DNA of 64,000 bases from Octopus vulgaris (lineage: Eukaryota). Within the stretch, counting starts at the first letter, position 1. Each line of letters opens with the position of its first letter. The notes below the pieces were generated by a model. That model saw nothing but the letters and a program-made list of their open reading frames with translations, ran no database searches and was not told where the DNA came from. Where the stretch lies: NCBI GenBank assembly GCA_951406725.2, contig OX597814.1:117800001-117864000 (forward strand), given 5' to 3'. A program made the position numbers and the translations under genes. Positions 53,756 through 64,000 of the stretch are shown here, piece after piece.

Positions 53756-54141
53756 AGATTTGGTGTTAACTTCCCCCCATCCCTTGTCATTTTCTTGCCG
53801 AATTTTTAGGAATATGGATTAACTAGGAGAGGATTCTCAATCCCCTTGCTCTTGACACTTTTAGACTCCTCTTACGACACATACTATACTTACATGAATG
53901 AGATTTTTTATGAAATCTAGATCGCAAAATTGTAGCAGATGAATTTATGTAATAATAGTTACGATCACTTGGTATTGCATTGAATTGGTAGACTGTATTT
54001 TTCCTTAAACACTGATTGTCTAAAATACAACTGAATAAACGCCTGTGTAATTGTAAAAAACAAAATTGTCCGCCCTTTAGAGAATCAGACCACAGCCACA
54101 AGGCTGAATCGAATAGAAGAATGAAAGAAAAAAGAATGTAA

Positions 54142-54180
<39 letters not shown>

Positions 54181-54258
54181 AATATCCATACATATATACA
54201 CATACACACACATACACATACACACACATACACATACACACACACACACATATATGAT

Positions 54259-54437
54259 AGATCGGTAGCCACTACACTCATTTTATGCTCTCTTTGTTTC
54301 TTTCTGTGTTCCTTTCTGTGGAAGAGCGTAGGCTCAAAACCTTAAAGACTTTTTCAATTCCCGAGCGTTATACTAATACATCTGTTTGCTTTCTACACAA
54401 CCTGTCTTCGTCTTTTGTTTTCTTCGTGAATTCTCCC

Positions 54438-54438
<1 letters not shown>
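54259..54438 (+). mobile_element. Solo pseudo-LTR related to the Neptune-like family, decayed HHR
   Basis: cttt-CTGTGGA-a-gagcgtaggctc-AAAAC-CTT-aaag at 54312-54347. Confidence 0.65.
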
Positions 54439-54485
<47 letters not shown>

Positions 54486-54604
54486 ACAAAATAGGGGCAA
54501 AATAATAATTCTAATGCCAAATATGCCCAAACAAAAATTGGCAATAACCATTATAATTTATGTGTCTCGAAACAAACCGATAGAAATTTCTAAAAAATTC
54601 GTTA

Positions 54605-54664
54605 TTACCGTATTGGTCCAATTTCGGAGTTAATTCATAAGAATTTTCTCCTCTTCAGTGGTAA
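54605..54664 (-). ncRNA. Type I HHR with canonical core
   Basis: Minus strand: ttacca-CTGAAGA-ggag..aattc-ttat-gaatt..ctcc-GAAA-TTGG-A-CCAA-TA-cggtaa. Confidence 0.7.
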
Positions 54665-55639
54665 ATACGCGAGATATAAGTGAAATACTTACTCATACGC
54701 ACGGAAAAAGCAAGCACTAAGTCCTAAGCAGACCTAAGTACCCCAAATATATCCAAAATAGAAAATCTTCGGCACATCTCGAGACACGTGTGATTCGAAC
54801 TAGAAACTTTCACAGGATGAGAGAATCCGGAAGTGAACACTTTGCGTAGCTATCTAAATTTGCAAAGACATATAAGTAAAGTAAACTACATGTACAAAGA
54901 AAAGCGCTATTGCAGGCTTTCGTGTTGAGGTTTACCTATTTGTGGGGAGGATGGGACTCCTTAGCCATTGTGAGAGCAACTCCTCTAGGAGAAGGAAAAC
55001 CAGATTTGTATTTCCTGTTAGTTCAAGTGCACTCTCAGCATCTACTTACTGATAGGACAGTCTGGGCTCTATAGCATTTGTGCAACTAGTCTAGGGGAAG
55101 ACCACGCTGATCTCAAATCTCGATCGATTTAGCATCTGACATTTAAAACATTGTGCACTAGTACAGATAAATGTTTTTTTAATGGATGGAGTGTGCATTG
55201 TGGTGAACAAGCAATGATCACTATGTGCAGGTAGCTCAGTAAAATATTATGAGTGAATACTCCCATCATATTTTGATAGAAAGAATGTACCCCACCACGC
55301 ACACACAACAAACCCTATGATGATGAAGGGATAGCGATAGGAATAGGTGAAGAATGTCACTGGAACCTCTTAGCTTCAACTTCGCACATAGGTGCAGAAA
55401 TGTAGTTGACCCCTTTACAAAACATCAGCGGATAATTGCATAATTGAAGTCCTCATTTCACAACAAAGCAGCCCTGTTTAGGATGGCACTGATTTCTTGT
55501 CATGGCGAAGGTGGGGTGGGGTGGAGTCAAGAAAGTGCGACCTAAAAATTGCCCTCTCGCATTGCTTCTTGTCAATAACTGCAAGCGACTGGCAGTCCAC
55601 ACCTGCACTAGAAAATTAGGGAAATAGAAAACAAAAGAC

Positions 55640-56600
55640 ATTTATAGTTGAGAACTTTTCAAGACAACTAGAAAACATAAAAAAGTAGGACGTTTCGGTT
55701 GCCCGTGTCTTGAAGAAAAAGAAAACACGTTGGAATAACGGGTCGTTCAGAAACCAATTAGCGGACTATAGTCAATTACAGTAAGTTGATGGTAGTTACC
55801 CTTTTTTCAGGACGTGTAAGCCTCAGGAAGTAAAGAAAGAGACAGATGTTGGGTTTGCTATTGAAAATGATCTCATGAAACAACTTGATTCTCTCTCTTT
55901 TGGTATTAATGAAAGATTGATGTCATTGCGTAACTGCATTGGCAAAAGTAAATATGCAACTATTTCCAACTGCTCTGTTCCAACCAGAAGCTCAAATGAA
56001 ATATTCAAAAAGCTGTTCTACTCTGATCTACTTAGCCAGCTGAGAGGTGACTCCATCCACGTTAAATTCTTCTCCTTGGTGATTTCACTATACGGGTCGG
56101 TTGTGATATGTCCATATGGGGTGACGTAATAGTGAAACATGGGGTTGGCAAGTGTAAATCTGCTGCTGCCGTTTTGCAATGAGTATGGATTTTTAACTAC
56201 CATTACTATTTTCCAACTACCCAACCAGTGCAAAATATTACCATCTCATTGATTACATAGTTGTGACGTGTTCCATGAGAGAAGATGTTTCTCTATTCGG
56301 TAGTGTTGGTCTGAATGTAGACTGATACAATCAAACGTGAATTTTGCTCTCAGCAGTCCTATTCGTAACAATCGCACACGACCAGCTTGAAAAGTGGATG
56401 TGATGAAGCTGAAGAACAATGAGAATTTAACTTCATTTAAAACAACCTGTAACAACGAACTTCCTGGCATCTCACACAAAACGGATATTGAATCAACTTG
56501 GCCTGCGTTTAAAAATGCAGTACTTGAGTTGTCTTGTGAAATACTCGGGTATGTTAAGCGGAGGGACCATGATATCTCACGAATGGATTGTCATCTCAGC
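55640..56600 (+). mobile_element. Degenerate RTE-type LINE endonuclease region
   Basis: ETDVGFAIENDLMKQLDSL..GINERLMSLR; ESTWPAFKNAV...LGY. Confidence 0.55.
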
Positions 56601-56629
56601 TGGGAATGATGACATACTAGCCGAGATAT

Positions 56630-57110
56630 ATATCAGGTTATCCCATAAGTTCTGTCCGATTTTACCGTTTTTAAAATTGAATGCTTTTTAATAGTATTTT
56701 AGAATGTCTAATGGAATTGAAAATTTTTTTAGGCATTTGTGTACATTTAAATTAATTAAATATTATTTTACAGAATAATAGCATTAAACTTTCATTGATC
56801 AAAACCCTTTCTAACATTGAAGTATACAAAGAGCATTTAAGGCACATAATGCTTTATGAGTACAAAAAAAGAAACTCTGCAGCCGAAGCGACACGAAAAA
56901 TACACCCAGTTTATGGGAAAGAATGCTTGAATGAAAAAACTTGCAGAAGATATTTTGCAAAATTCAGAAGTGGTGATTTCAGCCTTGAAGATGAAGATCG
57001 AACAGGACGTCCAGTTGAGGCATTACTTGAAGAAAATCCTGCATTATCAGTTGAAGAATTGGCAATAAAGCTTAGTTCAAACCATAAAACTGTTCAACAA
57101 CTTAGAAAGT
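56630..57110 (+). mobile_element. Mariner transposon 5' fragment (HTH region of transposase)
   Basis: EHLRHIMLYEY...AAEATRKI..VYG...TCRRYFAKFRSGDFSLEDEDRTGRP. The element begins at a TA dinucleotide. Confidence 0.8.
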
Positions 57111-57609
57111 TGTTGGACACATTTTGCTATGACGGTCGCACTGATGATTTGCGGGCATTTACATATGTAATATGTAAGTGGCAACAATAAAACTTGGTAT
57201 GTGAATAATAATTATATTTTGTATCTTTTCATTTGTTTTGTTCGCTTACGTTCTGGCATTTGCTGAATTTTCTTGAGAACAAACTTTTCTTAGTGATCAG
57301 GCTTTTGGGGTGTACATCAAGCATATTGGATGCCAACTTAGTGGTCTCATGCCTCTTATATGCATGTAATATAATTTTTCTGAATCTTCAGATTTTTTTC
57401 AATATGCTAGACAACTGGATTAAATTGATATTAATCAAATTAATATTCAATTTTTTAAACCTTATTTAAATTTATATAGACAAGTAAATAGATAGAAAGA
57501 GAGGGGGAGAGAGATGCTGTAAAATGTTAATTAGCTGTAGAGACAAAGCGTTTTGTTATGCAACCATGATATTCTAAAATATATTTTGCCGATTTTTATT
57601 ATTCAGTAC

Positions 57610-58510
57610 TGTATTCTACTGTGTTAGCATCAAAATCGGTATTGGTTGAAGAAAATCTATAAAAATACGTAAACAAACAAATAAAAGAAAAACACTAATA
57701 AGAATATTGACATACAAATATAACAGCTTGGGTTTCATACACAACGGTTATATACATGTATACTATTATAAATGTTATTAAAATTTTCAGACGATGACAA
57801 TATCTTATAAAAATAAGATAACAACACTAGAGATAGTAATGATAAATATCATAAATTGTTGCTTACATTTGAAAAAGAATCTCAAGCATTGGCACCGCGG
57901 AACTCAAACTTCCTGCTGAAGTTCATTCTGCTACATTTTGCTTCGTTTTATTTATTGCCGCTGTTTAGGTTTTTCGTGGATAAAGATGAATGACGACGGG
58001 CATTCCCCAATAACGAAATCTAAATAACTTGTTATATGCTGGTGTTATTGTGATCGGAACGATACAAGTTGAATAATATTCATAGAAAATTTATGTGCGG
58101 CAAAACTTGTAATTTACTCTCTGTTTAATATCTGTGTAAATGTAGAGATCGCTTTCTTGAAGACCCAAGATGCTGTCTGAAATATTCGCTATAACACATC
58201 ACAATATCAATATAACCAGCTGTTTCGCAGTTCAGAATATCATAAGCACCAATAAAATTTACGGTTGATGTACTTTTCACATATGTTCCCACGATTCGAT
58301 TAAACGAACATGAAAAGAAAAAAAAAACCGTTACACACTTGTAAATGCTTCTACAAACCAGCGAAACAAATATTAACTCCTTGTAAATGTGGTAGGAAAT
58401 TTCACAAAAGGCATCTGTTTTAATTGTTTACGCAAATCATCATTATTCATCGTCCACGTGGCTGTGTGGTAAGAAACTTGCTTCTCAAACGCATGATGCT
58501 AGGTTCAATC
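57610..58510. repeat. Second copy of the segment at 15741-16760
   Basis: Collinear match. Confidence 0.85.
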
Positions 58511-58745
58511 TCGTCTACTATAGCCTCAACAGACCAAAGCCTTGCCAGTGAGATTGGTAGACGGAAACTCAAAGAAGTTCACCATATATGGTGTATGTGC
58601 GTGTTTGTTCCTCCCCTACCCAATCGCTCGGCAACCAAAAGAATATGTACTAAGCTTACAAAGAATAAATCCTGTGGTCTGTTTGTTTGACTAAAGGTGA
58701 TGCCTCAGCATGCCTGCGGTCAAGTGACTGAAATAAGTAAAATAA
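58452..58745 (+). mobile_element. SINE family B copy
   Basis: Matches 40428-40890 with deletions. Confidence 0.7.
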
Positions 58746-59640
58746 TAGAAATAATATAAAGCTGAGGGTATATCTAGTTTTAGTTTTTGTGAATTTAGTT
58801 TTAGTTTTTAATGATGATGACCATGAATTTTTCAAGTATCGATGCAACCAAATTTATTTTAATTAATTCTTGCAGATAATAGAACTGATTTATCCCTATT
58901 TAGGAAATATACTTTTATTTCAAGGCAATAAACAGAAATAAGGATTCCACTCACGCAGTTAACTTTGGCATGCCACAAAACTGCCATTGTCTATTGTATG
59001 TCAGTATTGGTGTTGCTGATAACAATTACAGCCATCAACGTTGGACAAAATTCCCACGTGACAAACGATACTACATAGCCTTTTTTACTCATGGCCCGGA
59101 ATTTTGGGGGAAGTTGCCATTCGATTAGATCGACACCAGTACGCAAATCGTACTTCATATTAATATATGAATCAGATGCTTTGGGTTAGGCACCTTGCTA
59201 GTAAGCAGCATGATAGGTTGCCAAATCAGTTCTTTTATGGGGAGGGTCTGCGTGTCAAATGATCGAGACATACACCCAAGAAACATTTTAGGGATTCTGT
59301 TAAAAGCAAAGTTAGGGCACTTACTGTGAAAGTTGAAGATTACGTAAGTTCGATCGGTTTGGAAACAAATGATCTGTAATAGATGTAATGTTTTTGAAGT
59401 TCGAAGAATTGAAAAATCTATCTTGAGGCGAGAACTTCGTAGACCGCTTTTAACTACAACACTAGACATTTTGCTATTTAAAAATATTTCTAAGGTCTGC
59501 AGTAGTTTTTGTTTGTGAAGAGCAGATCTTGCTATTCATATAAGATCTCATGATAGCATTTATTAATTGAAGAGATAGCCTTCTGTAAATAAGTAGCAAT
59601 CACACACACACACACAAGCATATATATATATATATATATA

Positions 59641-59776
59641 TATAAAATAGTGTACATTTAAACACAAGAGAAAACTACCTTTAACAGGTAATTTTTACAC
59701 GCTAGAAGCAGTCAAAACGACCAAATCCACATTTAAGATCAATTTCGAAGGGAATTTCTAAGAATATTGGGTACCC

Positions 59777-59820
<44 letters not shown>

Positions 59821-60275
59821 AGTTATATAACGAATATGATTTTACCATTTCGAAGATCGGTTCGGCATTATCAATAAACTGCGGATTGAAACCGCGCTTG
59901 CGCGGTGAATTTTGGAAAGTCATAACATATAATGATGAGGCACGGGTTAATTGCGTCTACATTATATGTTAGTTGTCAAGGCACGGTTATTGATGAGTAT
60001 TCGCCGAGCAAATTATCTATCTGCTAAAGAAATCTGAAACCTAGGTATAACCGCAAAAAATAACAAGGTAAAAGTTTTATTTTTCATTCCCTCCGACGAT
60101 TGCTCTTAAATGTGGTTTTGGTCGTTTTGACTGCTTCTTCTAACGTGTAAAAAATACCTGTTAAAGGTAGTTTTCTCTTGTGTTTAAATGTACACCATTT
60201 TATATTGAGAATATGTTGTCTATAGACTTTTTATACATGCTAGGCTACTGGTGGTGAAATTACTAAGAATATTCG

Positions 60276-60283
<8 letters not shown>
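59641..60283 (+). mobile_element. PLE-type pseudo-LTR with inverted partial copy
   Basis: 59641-59754 is the reverse complement of ~60086-60204. Both parts end in ctaagaatatt.g.tacccta + (AT)n. Confidence 0.7.
59984..60053 (+). ncRNA. Minimal HHR (C3U)
   Basis: cggtta-TTGATGA-...-GAAAC-CTAG-GTA-taaccg. Helix I is a perfect 6 bp; helix II is imperfect. Confidence 0.6.
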
Positions 60284-60324
<41 letters not shown>

Positions 60325-60501
60325 TATGTATGTATGTATACATATATAATACATACATATATATACATATATATATATATATATGTATATGTATATCTAT
60401 ATATATAGATATAGATATATATATATATATATGTATATATATGTATATATTATATACGTATACATATATACATATATGTATATTTAAATATGCATATATA
60501 A

Positions 60502-60533
<32 letters not shown>

Positions 60534-60548
60534 ATATACACACAAACA

Positions 60549-60589
<41 letters not shown>

Positions 60590-61294
60590 TTATATATATA
60601 TGTATTTCTGTAATGCATTAGATGCCACATATCTAACGAAGAAAGAATCCGTGTCTACTGGGTGTACCTGCAAATCTCTCACGCTAACAAAGTCATAAAG
60701 CTTCTTAAATCTCATAACCTAAATGATTTGCAATTCTCCACGTTTTCCACATTGAACGTCTCGCCATACTGACACCAGATGTTATAGTGTCTGTGATATA
60801 TCCATTCAAAGGTTGAAGTACTTTTGTGCCAGTCTGACAATATATTTTAAGCTGAGCAAAGTTGCAAGGGCTAAGGTCGCATATAAAACGGTTAGAAATG
60901 CAAAAGCAGAATATATCAAATGCTAACAATCGATGCGTGAGATACTAGAATGCTTATTATACTAGTTCCAATTTACTAAGTAATCATCGTCACTGTTTTT
61001 TCATACCTGCCCCAAAGCTTTGGCCGAGGTTGTATATACATACATGCATTTAAATAGATTTAACTTGCTTTGTGGAAGGACTGTTTCAACGAAGTCGTGT
61101 CTTGTTCTTACCTTCGTACGCGAAGTAGATGAAACAGGGACAACTGAAGAAAGGGAATATTCCTTGCGTTGTATGTCTTGTCCTCTGTTTTTTCATTGAT
61201 TGAAAAAAAGTTCGTTTCTATGTTTTTGTTGTTATGTTTTCGTTTTTCATTGTGTTCAGCGTTTTTTGGTGACTTGTACTCATATATACATGTA

Positions 61295-61357
<63 letters not shown>

Positions 61358-61407
61358 GGTATGTACATATTTGTATGTGTATATGCATATATATATATAT
61401 ATATATG

Positions 61408-61502
<95 letters not shown>

Positions 61503-62187
61503 GCTTATAAGATCGTCCTCCTAAGCGTTCACAATATTTTTTCTATCATCTTGGCTTAATAACCCTCACCGTTTGTTTTTACTGTCTTGTTCTCACCGTC
61601 CTGTTCTTATATATGTATGTATCTATGAGCACAAATGAAAGAAAATGCACTCAACATTTTCTGTAGGAGTTACATTTATTATTTTAAAATGTTTGATACC
61701 GTTCCGTGCTACTTCAATTTCGGTGACGTTTAGCGGGATCGCGACTTCTCTTCGGGCTTCTGAAATGCCTATTGAAAATATCCAGGACGTCCAAGATTGC
61801 TACCGGAAGAGTAGCAGCAATTAATCATGGGAGACCACATGGTATTGTTTTGAATATTGTGAACTCGTTAGTGAAACCGATTCTGTCTAAAAGGAGAAGT
61901 TTTTTTGACCGCGTTTTGGGACAGGAATCTGGCGGTTTCAGCATTTCTCGATATGGTGAAATCGGTGAGTGTATAAGTTTGTGTACGTCGGTGTATGCCT
62001 GTGTATCTATATATGTGCGTATGTATATTCACGTACATATTCGAAGTGTGAGAATGCATGACAGCAGGTATTTTATTATTTGCTTTGGCTTACGGCTATA
62101 TGCGTACACGTTTGCCTGTTTGTTGTTTGCTGGTGTGTTGTTTGCCGTTAGTTTATGTACTATCGCTTGCGTTTGAGAGTGTGTGTG

Positions 62188-62223
<36 letters not shown>

Positions 62224-63002
62224 CTGTGCGTATTTGTACCTGCCACATATACGTTCGTGCGCCAACGGCTTTAGGGTGCGAGTGTGTCTCCTCTGTGTGT
62301 GTATATATGTTTGAAAGGACAATGGACACAATTTAGAATAAGAACTGTAATGAAAAAATGAAGAACGAATGTATAGTGCGTGTATTTATTTGGGAAAAAT
62401 GACCAACCCGAAATACAATAATACACACACACACAAACACACATATATATATCGTCGGATGTTTGCATGTGCACAGTGCTTTTTTATCTCTCTTTCTCCC
62501 TCTCCCTCTATAGTTTATATAATTCTTTTATTATACGTATGTGTTCTTTGTGTATAGTGTTGCATTGTAAAATGCATAGAGCACTTCAATATAGTTCTCT
62601 TGCCTCCAACGTTTTTTCATTTTTTTGCTTTGTTTACCGTTTCGTTGCTGTCTTTATATAAAAGATTCCTCTGTCTACTTTGTGACAGAATAAGATTTGT
62701 AATTTATGTATAGCGTTGCATTTTAAAATGTATAGAGCACTTCAATGTAGTCCTCATCTCTCTATAGTCATTTTTTTTTTGTTTTGAGAATTCTGCAATT
62801 AACACTTTCTGGTGTGTTGTCTATTCTATATTTGATGTAATTCGCTCTTAGCGCTTACTCTTGGGCAGCACAGCTTAGAGACTCCGTTTCTGGTTTTAAA
62901 TCACTTGTTGTCATCCATAGCCATATTTTCTCTCAAAGTTATCTTCAACGTCCCCATGAAATTGCCCATGCTTTCTTTTCTTTATCCGCCTATTTTTCAA
63001 TA

Positions 63003-64000
63003 CTATTATTATTGTTGCTGTTGTTGTTGTTGTTGCTGTTATTATTATTATTATTATTATTACTATTTTTTTCTTCTTTCAAATTTGCTTCCATTTCTTG
63101 CCGAGTGTCTTCCCGACTCCTAGGGCAAAGAAATTCATAGTATATATTGGTAGGCCATTAAACCAAACTCAGTTCTCTCATCGACAATGCTCTTCTCAAT
63201 ACGTGTGATGTACCAGTTAAGACAATCTTTTGCACTTCTTGCAGGGATGGTAAGCCAGGGATCATTCTCATATAATTTTCGGTTCCCTTCTTGATCATTC
63301 CTAGTGCTCCTACGATCACTGGTATTGTAACCGCCTTGAGATGCCACATTTTCTCAATTTCAATGAGTAGGTCTTTATATTTTCTGAGCTTGTCAAACTC
63401 TTTCGCTGAGATATTATGATCACAAGGGATGCTCATGTCGATCAATAAGCAAACTTTATTGTTTTGGTCTTTCACAACAATATCTGGTTTATTGGCCTTG
63501 ATGGTTCGGTCTGTATGTACTGGAAAGTCCCACAGAATGGTTACATTTTCTCCTTCAGTTACAGCCTCTGGGTGGTGATTATACCACTTGTCGGCAGTTT
63601 TGATATTGTAATGCCGACTTATTAGCCAGTGGAGATATTGGCCAACTCTGTCATGTCTTAATTTATACTCCACTGGTGCTAAGACTTTACATCCAGAGAT
63701 TAGGTGGTCCACTGTTTCAATCATGTCGTTGCAGAATCGGCATTTTGGGTCTGCTCCATTTTTCATCACATTGGCCTGGTAGTTCCGGGTTAATAGGCTT
63801 TGATCTTGAGCAGCCAGGATGAAACCTTCGCTCTCTGCTTTTAGCCCTGAGCTCCGTAGCCACTGATGGGTTTGCTTCTGGTCAACATCAGCTTGTTTGC
63901 TGCGGGTCACATATTTGCCGTGCAGAGGTTTCTCCTCCCACCTATCAGCCAATTGCTCGTGCGCTTTTTTCATTGCCATCATTTTCACCTTCTTTGCAAC
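63003..64000 (-). mobile_element. 3' part of another R4/Dong-type LINE (runs off the window)
   Basis: ORF 63158-63988 has CRFC..ETVDHLISGC and KPDIVV..LIDMSIP..KYKDL, followed by a (TAA)/(CAA)n tail at 63003-63066. Confidence 0.88.

Noticed and set aside
56795-57190. SETMAR-like host gene
   Set aside because: Only a truncated mariner transposase N-terminus with an internal deletion; no SET or DDD domain.
61140-61175. HHR in CTGAAGA-agggaatattcctt (also ~34640 minus)
   Set aside because: Neither copy has GAAA after the stem, so the core is incomplete.
61700-61760. Possible minus-strand HHR (CCGAAGA...GAAATTGAAGTA)
   Set aside because: Helices I-III do not pair convincingly.

Overview
AT-rich, microsatellite-dense animal genomic DNA. 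The repeat and SINE content resembles an octopus/cephalopod genome, which is an inference. There is one intact host gene, a single-coding-exon GT31 beta-1,3-galactosyltransferase (24061-25230, minus). Most of the rest is retroelements. These include four Penelope-like elements (PLEs) with RT and GIY-YIG remnants, one of them forming a ~3.6 kb inverted repeat. There are also five R4/Dong-type RLE LINE pieces (four next to (TAA)n), RTE LINE relics, tRNA-derived SINEs, two mariner relics and an ORF1-only (HAL1-like) insertion with a 15-bp target-site duplication. The ORF track misses the most interesting signal, which is non-coding: about 17 minimal type I hammerhead ribozyme (HHR) motifs from roughly a dozen families, read by eye. 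Several have non-canonical cores (U3-A8, C4, U6), and nearly every family has its own palindromic helix III. Two diverged, ORF-less ~355-360 nt HHR repeat units (28.0-28.7 kb and 41.3-43.8 kb) share a covarying RNA structure and look like retrozyme-type, possibly circular, RNAs. All motif calls are manual and untested.
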